A DNA stretch of 64,000 bases from Candidatus Magasanikbacteria bacterium GW2011_GWA2_56_11 (GCA_001004885.1 LCRX01000014.1:1565-65564); one strand, 5' to 3'. Shown: positions 40,751-50,181, counted from the stretch's first letter. Numbers and translations are program-made. The notes: generated by a model not told the origin, from the letters alone.

Positions 40751-41080
40751 GATGTATTCTTTTTCTTTGTTATCATCTTTATTTTTATTTTTTTCATCAT
40801 AGTACTCATAATTTTTCTTATTGCCCCAAACTCTAAATTTGGCAACCATAAAACCACTGATGATAAGTGCCACTCCTATTTTCCAGTTTATAAAGAGAAA
40901 AATTAATCCTGCGATTACTAATTCTCCAGTAATCACGCTTAATAGAGGATTTGGTCCCAAAGGAAAAACGTGCAATAGCGTGCCAATGATGAAAAGCACT
41001 ATTGATACTTGCCAGTTGAAAAAAATAAAAACGATTGCGGCGATTGCCATCAGATACTTTATTGCGTTTAGAATTTTCAT
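40745..41080 (-). CDS. small membrane protein (first cassette after attI-like site)
   Basis: 111 aa, 3 TM helices, Lys/Asp-rich tail; stop codon inside GCCTAAC. Confidence 0.4.
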   Translation of the reverse strand: MKILNAIKYLMAIAAIVFIFFNWQVSIVLFIIGTLLHVFPLGPNPLLSVITGELVIAGLIFLFINWKIGVALIISGFMVAKFRVWGNKKNYEYYDEKNKNKDDNKEKEYIA

Positions 41081-41104
41081 AATTTTATCTTAAAAGAAAA
41101 AGAA

Positions 41105-41131
41105 TATTTCACCTAACTGGCCGTTATAACC
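41105..41131 (-). other. attI-like site (GTTAGGT core) between cassette 1 and the recombinase gene
   Basis: Minus strand GTTATAACggccaGTTAGGTgaaatatt. The gaaat(a/t) motif after the core is shared with the R' ends of attC sites at 40608 and 37571. Confidence 0.4.
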
Positions 41132-41206
41132 AATGTTTTTTAATTAACAGCCAAAATTTGTATGATAAACGAATAGATGCTAGGCTTAGGTTACTTTTCA
41201 AAAAAC

Positions 41207-42019
41207 ATGGCAAACCTAATCGAAATTCTAACACGAGAGATAAAATTGCGCAATTACAGCCCAAAAACGCTGGCGGCCTATGTTTTTGTTGTCAGGGACA
41301 TCTATGCCTTTCACCAGCGGCCGCCAAAGGAACTCACAACTGAAGATATAAAGGACTACCTCCTGGCCAAGCAAAAAAAAGGCCTGTCAAGCCAGACCGT
41401 CGCCCTTTATGCCAACGCGCTCAACTTTCTCTATGGCGAGGTGTACAAACGCCCCAACTTTGTCCGGATTAAACACCCCAAACGGTCCTCACGGCTCCCG
41501 GTGGTGCTGCGCCGGGACGAAATCGAGCGATTGTTGGCTGTCATCAAAAATATTAAGCACCGAACGCTGGTGGCGCTGGCCTATGGCGCCGGACTCCGAG
41601 TGGGCGAGGCGGTGCGTCTCAGGGTCGCGGACATTGACCTTGACGAGCTCACGATAACCGTGCGCCAAGGAAAGGGTAAAAAAGACAGGCTGACCGTTCT
41701 ATCCGCAAGTCTGACGCCGGACTTGCGTGAATTTATGACTGGCAAAACTGGCCAAGCGTATATTTTCGGCAGCGAACGGGGCGGCCGTTTAACCGAAGCC
41801 ACCGCGCAAAAAGTATTCGTCCGCGCGCTCCAAAAAGCCGGCGTTGTAAAGCCGGCCACCTTCCATTCGCTGCGCCACTCCTTCGCCACTCACCTCTTGG
41901 AAAACGGCGTGGACGTGCGCTATGTGCAAGAGCTATTGGGACACGCCAATATCCGCACCACGCAAATTTATACCAAAGTAACGAATCCAAGGCTCAAAAA
42001 TATCAAAAGCCCCCTATGA
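41207..42019 (+). CDS. tyrosine site-specific recombinase, XerC/XerD-like (candidate cassette integrase; lacks IntI additional domain)
   Basis: R...K...HSLRHSFATHLL...LLGHANIRTTQIYTKV catalytic motifs. ~42 aa between K-box and HxxR (XerD length, not IntI). 4-bp ATGA overlap with elp3. Confidence 0.8.
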   Translation: MANLIEILTREIKLRNYSPKTLAAYVFVVRDIYAFHQRPPKELTTEDIKDYLLAKQKKGLSSQTVALYANALNFLYGEVYKRPNFVRIKHPKRSSRLPVVLRRDEIERLLAVIKNIKHRTLVALAYGAGLRVGEAVRLRVADIDLDELTITVRQGKGKKDRLTVLSASLTPDLREFMTGKTGQAYIFGSERGGRLTEATAQKVFVRALQKAGVVKPATFHSLRHSFATHLLENGVDVRYVQELLGHANIRTTQIYTKVTNPRLKNIKSPL

Positions 42020-43680
42020 CCCCGGCCGAACAAATCTTGACGGCCGTCATGGCCACGCGTCCGACCACCAAAACCCAATTTGACCAAGCCCGGGCGGGTA
42101 TTTGCGGCCAGCTCAAAATTCAGCAGATGCCGAATCGCGAACTTTTGGAAGCCTACCGGCGCCTGGTCAAAAAGAAAAAGATTGTCGCGGACAAAATCAT
42201 AGAAAATTTTTTGCGTAAAGCCGAAATCCGCAGCCTCTCGGGCATCGCGGTCGTTACCTCGCTCCTCAAGCCCTACGCCTGCCCGGGAGAATGCGTCTAC
42301 TGCCCGACCGAGAAGAGAATGCCCAAGAGCTATATCGCCACCGAGCCGGCCGCGGCGCGAGCGCTCGCCCTCAAATTCAGCCCCTACGAGCAGATGCGCC
42401 AGCGCGTTCTCATGCTCGAAAAAAACGGACACCGGACGGACAAGATTGAGTATATAGTCAAGGGCGGAACGTGGAATGCCTATACCCTCGGTTACCAGTA
42501 CTGGTTTATCCTCGAGTCTTTCCGGGCGGCCAACGAGATACGCCGGCGCAATCCGCCGGCGGCGCAGTACTCCGAGCATACCCCGGTCAGCGAGCTGCAA
42601 GAGGCCTTGGAGCGCGAGCAAAGGCGCAACGAAACCGCCAAGCACCGGATTATCGGGCTCACCCTTGAAACTCGGCCCGACGCCATTTCTCCCCGAACTA
42701 TAGGCCATCTGCGCCGGCAGGGCTGCACGCGGGTAGAGCTCGGACTCCAGGCGCCGGACGACCGGATACTCGCGCTCATTAAACGTGGGCACACCGTGGA
42801 GCAGTTTCGCGCGGCTATGCTTCTTTTGCGCCAGGCCGGATTCAAGGTGGATCTGCATTTCATGCCGGATCTGCCCGGCACTACGCCCGCGCATGATGTC
42901 GAGATGTACGCGTCTCTCTTTAGCGATCCGGGCCTCAAGCCGGACATGGTGAAGATTTATCCGAGCATGGTCGTCAAATCGGCCGAACTTTACCAGTGGT
43001 TCCTCGACGGCCGGTACAAACCGTATGGCGACACGCCGGAGCTGGCCGAGGCGCTGATCAAAATGAAGCTCGCGACCCCGCGCTACTGCCGCCTCTCGCG
43101 GCTCATCCGCGATATCCCGGCCAACGAAATCTCCGGCGGCAACGCGGTAACCAATCTGCGCGAACTTTTGGCCGCGCGCCTCAAAAAAGATAATAAACGC
43201 TGCGTCTGCCTGCGCTGCCGCGAGATCGGCCGGCAGCAGCCCTTATCCCCTCCTGACTCCGCGCCGGAACTCTTTATTGACAAATACAAAACTACCGGCG
43301 GCACCGAATATTTTTTAAGTTTTGAAGACCAAAAACGCACCGCTGTCTTCGGCTTTTTGCGCTTGCGCCTGCCGGACTTGGGCCAAACGGCAGCCGTACC
43401 GGCGCTAAAAAAACTTTATGAGTCGTTGCCGGAGATAAGGCAGGCCGCCTTTATCCGCGAGCTGCACGTCTACGGGCAGCTGGTCGGCATCGGCCAACGC
43501 GACCATAAGTCCAGCCAGCACAAAGGAGTGGGGAAAAAACTCATGGCCGCGGCCGAAAGAATTGCCCGCCGGGGCGGGTACCGGAAAATTGCCGTCATCT
43601 CGGGCGTGGGAGTCCGCGATTATTATCGCCGCCTGGGCTACCGCAAAAGTGGCAGCTACCTGGCAAAAAAACTGGCTTGA
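42016..43680 (+). CDS. elp3: Elp3-like tRNA modification enzyme (radical SAM + GNAT)
   Basis: CPGECVYCP radical SAM cluster. IEYIVKGGTWNAY. C-terminal QHKGVGKKLMAAAERIARRGGYRKIAVISGVGVRDYYRRLGY GNAT domain. Confidence 0.8.
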   Translation: MTPAEQILTAVMATRPTTKTQFDQARAGICGQLKIQQMPNRELLEAYRRLVKKKKIVADKIIENFLRKAEIRSLSGIAVVTSLLKPYACPGECVYCPTEKRMPKSYIATEPAAARALALKFSPYEQMRQRVLMLEKNGHRTDKIEYIVKGGTWNAYTLGYQYWFILESFRAANEIRRRNPPAAQYSEHTPVSELQEALEREQRRNETAKHRIIGLTLETRPDAISPRTIGHLRRQGCTRVELGLQAPDDRILALIKRGHTVEQFRAAMLLLRQAGFKVDLHFMPDLPGTTPAHDVEMYASLFSDPGLKPDMVKIYPSMVVKSAELYQWFLDGRYKPYGDTPELAEALIKMKLATPRYCRLSRLIRDIPANEISGGNAVTNLRELLAARLKKDNKRCVCLRCREIGRQQPLSPPDSAPELFIDKYKTTGGTEYFLSFEDQKRTAVFGFLRLRLPDLGQTAAVPALKKLYESLPEIRQAAFIRELHVYGQLVGIGQRDHKSSQHKGVGKKLMAAAERIARRGGYRKIAVISGVGVRDYYRRLGYRKSGSYLAKKLA

Positions 43681-43798
43681 AAGCGCGCCGATAACCGATT
43701 ACTTCTCCGGTTTCCGTACCGCCCAGTTTATCATTTTTTATTGACAAAAAGCCCCGAACGTGGTTAGCTAGCGCTGTCATGCTAAAGGAGCAAGAAGA

Positions 43799-44104
43799 AT
43801 GGAAGCTGCCGATGTGCTGTCCAAGGTGGTCATCTGGCTCTTCGCGGGGATGTACTTCGCCGGGATGGCCGGCCTCGCGATTTACAGCCTGTGGTTCGTC
43901 TTCTCCAGGCTGAAGCGCCGGTGGTCGCAACTCCCGGATCTCCCCCTGGCGCGAAAGCCGGGAAACCTTGACCCGGGCCGGCTCCACGGTCGCCAAAGCT
44001 GGCCCTGCCCCTACTGCCGCCTTCCCGCGGGTTTCGAGCCGGATCTAGGCATGTTCCGGTGCGACCCCTGTCGCGTCTCCTTCCGCCGTTACGACGCGGC
44101 CTGA
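43799..44104 (+). CDS. small membrane protein with C-terminal CxxC...CxxC zinc ribbon
   Basis: Strong SD AAGGAG 8 nt upstream; 2 TM helices; CPYC...CDPC. Confidence 0.45.
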   Translation: MEAADVLSKVVIWLFAGMYFAGMAGLAIYSLWFVFSRLKRRWSQLPDLPLARKPGNLDPGRLHGRQSWPCPYCRLPAGFEPDLGMFRCDPCRVSFRRYDAA

Positions 44105-44185
44105 CATGGGCGGCTCCCGTCTTCCTTGGACCGGAGCCGCCACAACTCATCCGGCCACGGCTGCCTATATAGGCAGTTTTTATTT

Positions 44186-45082
44186 TTAAGCGAAAGCCAA
44201 AACGATCACCCCCGCCGCCACGCAGGCGGTCGCCGCCAGCTTAAGCAGCAAATTCCGGCGGTCGGTCTCCTCCCGGAGAGCCTCGGGGCGGTAGCGGGAA
44301 ATGAGCGCCGAAACGGCAAAAACGAACAGGGCTTGGAAACCCTCGAGCGAGAGCACCAGCGCGGCCGGACCGAGCGACAGCGCCCACTGATTGAGGAGAA
44401 TGCCGGCGTAGTCAATAAAAGTGGCGGCGGCCACCATGCCAAACAGAGGCGCCGACATTGACTTTACTGTCGCGGTAAAATCCCGCCGAAACGGACGCCA
44501 GGCAAAGAACACCAGAGAGACCAAAAGCTTAATCACGCTTATCAGCACAAACAGCGAACTGAAAGAAACGTATTGCGTAATGTAGCGCACCATCACCACG
44601 TACCCGGCCGACTCCAGACAGGCGAGCACCATCCAGAACAGGGCCCGAGAGAAAACGACCTGCCGCCCGCCAAAATGCAACGAGGCCAGGATTGCCCCGC
44701 CCAGAAGGAGAGTCAGGGCCAGGAGCTGGCCGCTGTTCAATTTTTCCCCGATCGTCACCCAGGCCAGCCCCAAAGTAAAAAGCGGAATCAGATTCCACCA
44801 GATGTTGATCCGGCTCACCTCCTCGATTTCCAGCGCCTTGAAATAACAAATAATGCCGAGCGTGTAGCCCACGCCTGCGAGTATGACCCACCTCATCACG
44901 GCCCATTCCGGCCACGCAAAATCAATAAACGGCAGGAGGGCGAGACTAAAAAGTCCGATAATGTCGGTGAGGACAAAATAGACAAAAATATTTTTGATAC
45001 GATTGCCGACAATAAATTTGTCGCCGATGCAGGCCAATCCCCACAGGGCATGCGCCCCGAGAGCGAGCGGTATCCAGAGCAT
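44186..45082 (-). CDS. EamA/DMT family transporter
   Basis: 10 TM helices, duplicated EamA pattern. Confidence 0.6.
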   Translation of the reverse strand: MLWIPLALGAHALWGLACIGDKFIVGNRIKNIFVYFVLTDIIGLFSLALLPFIDFAWPEWAVMRWVILAGVGYTLGIICYFKALEIEEVSRINIWWNLIPLFTLGLAWVTIGEKLNSGQLLALTLLLGGAILASLHFGGRQVVFSRALFWMVLACLESAGYVVMVRYITQYVSFSSLFVLISVIKLLVSLVFFAWRPFRRDFTATVKSMSAPLFGMVAAATFIDYAGILLNQWALSLGPAALVLSLEGFQALFVFAVSALISRYRPEALREETDRRNLLLKLAATACVAAGVIVLAFA

Positions 45083-45088
45083 AGACGG

Positions 45089-46321
45089 TCAGCGGGTTAA
45101 ATAATCTCGCCCCTTAAGTTCGGGCGGCAGATATTCCTGCTCCACCGGCTCATCGTAATCCGGATTGTATTTGTAATCCCGTCCGTAGCCGATATCTTTC
45201 ATGAACTTCGTCGGCGCGTTGCGCAGGTGCAGAGGCACTCCTAGATGCGACGTCTCGCGCGCGTCGCGCGCCGCCTTCTCGTAGGCCGCATAGAGCAGAT
45301 TGGATTTTTTCGACCGGGCGCAGTATGCGACTGCCTGGGCCAGATGAACCGCGCACTCCGGCAGTCCGATCTTATGGCAGGCGTCATAGGCGGCGTTCGC
45401 CTGGATAAGCGCCTCGCCGTTGGCGAGGCCGATATCCTCGCTCGCGAACCGCAGCACCCGGCGGGCGACATAGAGCGGATCGGCTCCGCCCTCAAGCATC
45501 CGGGCCAGCCAGTAAAGAGCGGCGCTGGCATCGGAACCGCGCATGGATTTGTGCAAAGCCGAGATAAGATTGTAAAATTCCTCGCCGTTTTTATCAAATA
45601 CCAAGTGCACCCGCTGCATTGCTTCCTTGAAATCATCGGCGGTCAGTTTCACCTTTCCTTTGACCGCTTGCGGCTTGGATTTAACGGCGAGCTCGAGTCC
45701 GTTCAACGCCCGGCGCGCGTCGCCGCCCGCGAGCGCGGCGAGAAACCGGAGCGCCTCGCGATCCGCCGCCGCGCCGCTCTCCCCGAGGCCGCGCTCTTTG
45801 TCGCCGAGCGCCCGCTCAAGCAGTTTCAAAATATCATCTTCGCTCAGGCGCTCCAAGACGAAAACCTGCGAGCGGGACAAGAGCGCCCCGATGATTTCAA
45901 ACGACGGATTTTCGGTCGTCGCGCCAATGAGGGTAATAATCCCCTTTTCCACGTATGGTAAAAGCGCGTCCTGCTGCGCCTTGTTCCAACGATGGATTTC
46001 GTCCACGAATAAAACCGTACGCTGGCCAAAAGCCTGGCGGTTTTCCTCGGCCTGCCTCACGGCCTTGCCCAGATCGGCTTTCCCGCTCTCGACGGCGGAC
46101 AAACTAACGAAGGCCGACTGGGTCTGGCGCGCGATAATATGCGCGAGCGTAGTCTTGCCTACACCCGGGGGTCCCCAAAGTATGAGCGAAGACAACTCGT
46201 CATTCTCGACCAGCGTGCGCAAAAGTTTCCCCGGGCCGACAATATGTTCCTGGCCCGCAAACTCGTCGAACGCGCGCGGGCGCATGCGATCAGCCAGCGG
46301 GGGTGAGGGCGGTGTTTTCAT
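45089..46321 (-). CDS. rarA: replication-associated recombination protein A (AAA ATPase)
   Basis: LWGPPGVGKTT Walker A, VLFVDEIHR Walker B, MgsA C-terminal domain. Confidence 0.8.
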   Translation of the reverse strand: MKTPPSPPLADRMRPRAFDEFAGQEHIVGPGKLLRTLVENDELSSLILWGPPGVGKTTLAHIIARQTQSAFVSLSAVESGKADLGKAVRQAEENRQAFGQRTVLFVDEIHRWNKAQQDALLPYVEKGIITLIGATTENPSFEIIGALLSRSQVFVLERLSEDDILKLLERALGDKERGLGESGAAADREALRFLAALAGGDARRALNGLELAVKSKPQAVKGKVKLTADDFKEAMQRVHLVFDKNGEEFYNLISALHKSMRGSDASAALYWLARMLEGGADPLYVARRVLRFASEDIGLANGEALIQANAAYDACHKIGLPECAVHLAQAVAYCARSKKSNLLYAAYEKAARDARETSHLGVPLHLRNAPTKFMKDIGYGRDYKYNPDYDEPVEQEYLPPELKGRDYLTR

Positions 46322-47438
46322 ACGCAGTTCTAAAAAAATCCCGGGCGCGGCCGATTACAGCCACGTTTTTGGCGCCGGCGTCTTTTACCAAATGAATATT
46401 CTCCGGTGCAATGCCGCCGATCGCTACCAGGGGGATAGTCACAGCCGGTACAGCCTCTAGGACCGCCTCCAGTCCGACCGGTTCGCGCTCGGCCTTGGCC
46501 GCTGTCCTGAATACCGGGCCGAGACTGGCATAGTCCGCCCCGTCTCTTTGGGAAGCAAGCAGCTGGTCGAGCGACTGATTCGATCGCCCGATAATTTTTG
46601 CACTTCCCACCAGGCGCCGCGCCGCGGCCACATTCATGTCCTGGCCGATGTGCACGCCCGCAACCGGGAGCCGGGCCGCGATATCCGGGTAGTCGTTCAG
46701 TATGAACACGGGCGGTTCGTGAACCCTGGGCGCACGAGCGCTTTGCTCCTGAATATACGCGCAGAGTTTGCGGGCTTTATCAAACACCTCTGCCGGAGAG
46801 CTGGTTTTGTCCCTCAATTGTACCACCCGGGCGCCCTGCTCGATAAACCAGATAAGGTCGGCGACATTTGCGGACAAAGGATAAACTATGCCCCGTTCAA
46901 AATACTTGCGCAGCCAGTAGTGCGGCGTGCGCGCCAGGAGCTGGTACTCCAAAGTATATACCCGATACCGGATATCTTCCAGACGAAAAACTGCGCCCGG
47001 AGCGTACAATTTTCCGAACTCTTCCAATACCCGCAGCGCCTCGGCCACGCGGCGGCTGTTGGCCCGGATGATAGACCACAAAGACGGGCGCTCGAGAGCA
47101 GGTCCGGTCATCCGGCCGGAGCCGACATCTACTCCCCGGCGGGCGCGCACCATCCCGGCCGGCCCGAAATCTGCCTCCAGCTCCGGCAGGCGATGGCGCA
47201 GTTCTTTGGCGACCGAGCTCAAAGTGCTGTCCCGGAGCCCAAACCGGGCGCTATCTTCGAGCACGCGCAAACCTTCGTACACCCGGGCAAAATTTGCGTC
47301 TATTAGCGAAAAATCACGGTTCATAGCCGGCTTGATTAACCAGTGCGCCCATGTTACCATACCCTTGTAAGGCGTGTAAACGTAATTTTGCTCTATGAAA
47401 CTCCCCCCGAATTCCCTCATTGCCTCGGGTCCGGTCAT
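46290..47438 (-). CDS. thiE: thiamine-phosphate synthase (ThiE) with ~200-aa N-terminal uncharacterised domain
   Basis: C-terminal VVQLRDK...VAGVHIGQDM...IGRS...VAIGGI ThiE TIM-barrel motifs. Start codon uncertain (ORF extends to 47651 but overlaps divergent nudix gene). Confidence 0.55.
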   Translation of the reverse strand: MTGPEAMREFGGSFIEQNYVYTPYKGMVTWAHWLIKPAMNRDFSLIDANFARVYEGLRVLEDSARFGLRDSTLSSVAKELRHRLPELEADFGPAGMVRARRGVDVGSGRMTGPALERPSLWSIIRANSRRVAEALRVLEEFGKLYAPGAVFRLEDIRYRVYTLEYQLLARTPHYWLRKYFERGIVYPLSANVADLIWFIEQGARVVQLRDKTSSPAEVFDKARKLCAYIQEQSARAPRVHEPPVFILNDYPDIAARLPVAGVHIGQDMNVAAARRLVGSAKIIGRSNQSLDQLLASQRDGADYASLGPVFRTAAKAEREPVGLEAVLEAVPAVTIPLVAIGGIAPENIHLVKDAGAKNVAVIGRARDFFRTAYENTALTPAG

Positions 47439-47784
47439 TATCGAAGACGGCCGGGTGCTTCTGAACCGCGAACAAAAGGACACCGGCGTTACCCCCTGGA
47501 TGTTTCCGGGCGGCGAAGTGGAAGATTTTGACATTTCCCTCGAAGAGGCCTGCCGGCGCGAAGTGAAAGAAGAAATGAATCTCGAGGTGGAAATCATCCG
47601 GCCGCTCCGGCCGGTAATGCTCCACGAGAACGGCCGCGTTATTATTCTCATCCATTACCTGGCCAAACGCCGCGGCGAAGTTACGCCCGGAGCCAATATC
47701 GTTGAGTGGGCCTGGCACGACATCAATCAATTGCCGGCTAACTGCGCGCCCAATGTATACGAGGTAGTCAAAAGCCTTGACTGA
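47395..47784 (+). CDS. NUDIX hydrolase
   Basis: GGEVEDFDISLEEACRREVKEEMNL Nudix box. Confidence 0.55.
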   Translation: MKLPPNSLIASGPVIIEDGRVLLNREQKDTGVTPWMFPGGEVEDFDISLEEACRREVKEEMNLEVEIIRPLRPVMLHENGRVIILIHYLAKRRGEVTPGANIVEWAWHDINQLPANCAPNVYEVVKSLD

Positions 47785-47900
47785 GAAAAACGGCCAAACT
47801 ATGATTTTCGAATCCCTCGAATTCAAATAAACACGACCGGAACTCGCCCGATGTACTGCCGTCGGTGAGCCTGATTCGTGTTTATTTTTTTTACCGCGTT

Positions 47901-49151
47901 ATGAACAAAATTCCGCTCCAAAATTTTGATCCGGAGGTCGCCGGGGCGATACGGCACGAACTGGCGCGCCAGGAATCCGGCCTCGAAATGATCCCGTCGG
48001 AAAACTTCGTTTCCCTGGCGGTTCTCGAGGCTCTGGGTTCGGTAACTACCAACAAATATTCGGAAGGTTATCCGGGCAACCGCTATTACGGCGGCTGCGA
48101 GTACATCGACATTATTGAGCAGCTGGCCATCGACCGGGCCAAGCAGCTTTTCGGCGCCGAGCACGTGAACGTGCAGCCGCTATCGGGCGCGCCGGCTAAT
48201 ATCGCGGTTTATCTCGGACTCATGGAGCCGGGAGATACTATTCTCGGCATGGACCTGTCGCACGGCGGGCACCTCACCCACGGCCATCCGGTAACCTACA
48301 TGGCCAAGATCTTCAACTTTATCCGGTACAAAACCGACGCCGAGGGCAAGATAGACCTGGATCACTTGCGCCAGATGGCGCTCGAGCACCGGCCAAAAGT
48401 AATCCTCGTGGGCTACAGCGCCTATTCCCGGGACATTGACTATGCCGCCGTCAAGCAAATCGCCGAGGAGGTCGGCGCCATTACCATCGCGGATATCGCC
48501 CACATCGCCGGCATCATTGCCGCCGGCCACATGAATAATCCGGTGCCGCTGTTCGACGTGGTTTTGACCACGACGCACAAGACTCTGCGCGGACCGCGCG
48601 GCGGCATGATAATGTGCCGGGAAAAATTCGCCAAAATCCTCGACAAGGCTGTCTTCCCCGGCTTCCAGGGCGGACCGCACGAAAACGTGATCGCGGCCAA
48701 AGCCGTGGCTTTCAAAGAAGCGCTGCAGCCGGACTTCAAAACCTACGCCAAGCAAATACTGCTCAACGCCAAAACGCTGGAGCGCAAATTTCGGGAGTAC
48801 GGCTACCGGATTATGTTCGGCGGCACCGACAACCACTTGCTCCTGGTGGACGTTACGCCCCAAGGATTGACCGGCAAGGAAGCCCAGCTGGCCTTCGACA
48901 AGGCCGGCATTACGCTCAACAAAAACATGATTCCCGACGATCCGCGCTCGCCGATGAACCCCTCCGGCATCCGCTTCGGCACGCCGGCCCTGACCACGCG
49001 CGGCATGAAAGAGCCAGAAATGGAGCTGATTGCCGGCATGATGAACGAGGTGGTGGAACACCGCGCCGATGACGCTTATCTCCTGGGCGTCAAAGAACGC
49101 GTCGGCGAGCTGACCCGCCGCTTCCCCCTTTATCCGGAACTGGCGCGCTAA
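47901..49151 (+). CDS. glyA: serine hydroxymethyltransferase
   Basis: MIPSENF, PLP-lysine region TTTHKTLRGPRGG; full-length SHMT. Confidence 0.9.
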   Translation: MNKIPLQNFDPEVAGAIRHELARQESGLEMIPSENFVSLAVLEALGSVTTNKYSEGYPGNRYYGGCEYIDIIEQLAIDRAKQLFGAEHVNVQPLSGAPANIAVYLGLMEPGDTILGMDLSHGGHLTHGHPVTYMAKIFNFIRYKTDAEGKIDLDHLRQMALEHRPKVILVGYSAYSRDIDYAAVKQIAEEVGAITIADIAHIAGIIAAGHMNNPVPLFDVVLTTTHKTLRGPRGGMIMCREKFAKILDKAVFPGFQGGPHENVIAAKAVAFKEALQPDFKTYAKQILLNAKTLERKFREYGYRIMFGGTDNHLLLVDVTPQGLTGKEAQLAFDKAGITLNKNMIPDDPRSPMNPSGIRFGTPALTTRGMKEPEMELIAGMMNEVVEHRADDAYLLGVKERVGELTRRFPLYPELAR

Positions 49152-49153
49152 CT

Positions 49154-49606
49154 ATGGAGTACGTCTCCCGCTCTCCCGAGGAAACCCGGCAAATAGCGGC
49201 CCGGCTCGCCGCCGCGCTTCGGGGCGGCGATGTTGTCGCCTTGTCCGGCGACCTCGGCGCCGGCAAGACCACTTTCGTCCAAGGTCTGGCTCGGGCGCTC
49301 GGCGTCGCGGCCGAAATAACCAGCCCGACGTTTACGCTCATGAATGTTTATAGCCTTGTTGGACCCGACCCCACCCTCAAATATCTGGTACACATAGATA
49401 CCTACCGGCTGAAAAACGAAGACGAGCTCTTGGCTGTCGGCGCCGAAGACTACATCGGGGACCCGGCGAGCCTGTGCCTCATCGAATGGCCGGAAAAAAT
49501 ACCGGGGCTGCTTCGGGGCAAAAACCTGGCCACCGTTTCTTTGGCGCATACAGATCCGGCGACACGCACTATTTGTATAACAAAAAAACACCTGTCCGGT
49601 GTCTAG
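49154..49606 (+). CDS. tsaE: tRNA threonylcarbamoyladenosine biosynthesis protein TsaE
   Basis: LSGDLGAGKTTF P-loop, SPTFTL motif, 150 aa. Confidence 0.7.
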   Translation: MEYVSRSPEETRQIAARLAAALRGGDVVALSGDLGAGKTTFVQGLARALGVAAEITSPTFTLMNVYSLVGPDPTLKYLVHIDTYRLKNEDELLAVGAEDYIGDPASLCLIEWPEKIPGLLRGKNLATVSLAHTDPATRTICITKKHLSGV

Positions 49607-50181
49607 CTTGGTTGAGGGTGCGGGGGATGGACGCAGCGACTCGCGAAGCCAGCTGTTGCCGGCAATCGGCGTGAACGCTGTGTCCAATCCCCCAAACCCC
49701 TCCTTTGTTCCGGGCTCCGGTACTCGCCAGCCTTTGGTCGGCCGGTGAGCCTTTGGTCCTATGCGCTTTTCGCGCCTGGTTCTCCCGCGCCGCAGCGCGG
49801 GTTATGTCTCTCTTGTAGGCGGGCGACTAAAATTGTCGCCGCCCCCCTACACATTCAAGGTGGACCCCCTCTCACCTTTGGCCCCGAGAGGCCACGTGGT
49901 TGCCGCTTGGAACTAACGACCGCCGTCCGCGAGGGACGAGCGGCGCAGGTCGCAGAGCATGGCCAGATATTAGCAGCTAATGCTAGCTTATTCAAGGACC
50001 TTTATTCCGGGGTTATCCACAACGAGGCAGAGCGCTCTTTCGCCGGCAAAGACAAGGCAGTCTTATCATATAATGCCGTCCGAAAAAGCGGATACAAAAA
50101 AACCGCCTCTAGCGGAATTTCGATTACGCATCCACCTCTGCGACCCAAACTAATTCCCGCCCGCAAACAACACCTCTGGCG

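Larger units (their letters stand above)
28650..41131 (-). mobile_element. integron-like gene cassette array (about 14 minus-strand cassettes, at least 9 attC-like sites) ending at an attI-like site
   Basis: ~38% GC versus ~59% in flanks. All genes on the minus strand. Each followed by an imperfect inverted repeat bounded by RYYYAAC/GTTRRRY cores. Divergent tyrosine recombinase immediately beyond the attI-like GTTAGGT. Confidence 0.6.

Noticed and set aside
41207-42019. Classical integron integrase IntI
   Set aside because: The region between the K-box and HxxR is ~42 aa (XerD-like) rather than the ~75 aa with the IntI-specific additional domain (ALPDALERKYP... segment), so the gene is called Xer-like. 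The integron interpretation rests on the attC-like array, not on IntI identity.
49607-50181. tmRNA (ssrA) in the long GC-rich intergenic region
   Set aside because: No tRNA-like acceptor/T-arm (GGTTCGANTCC...CCA) on either strand, and no tag-peptide ORF ending in AA-stop after a resume codon. Kept only as an unspecified ncRNA candidate.
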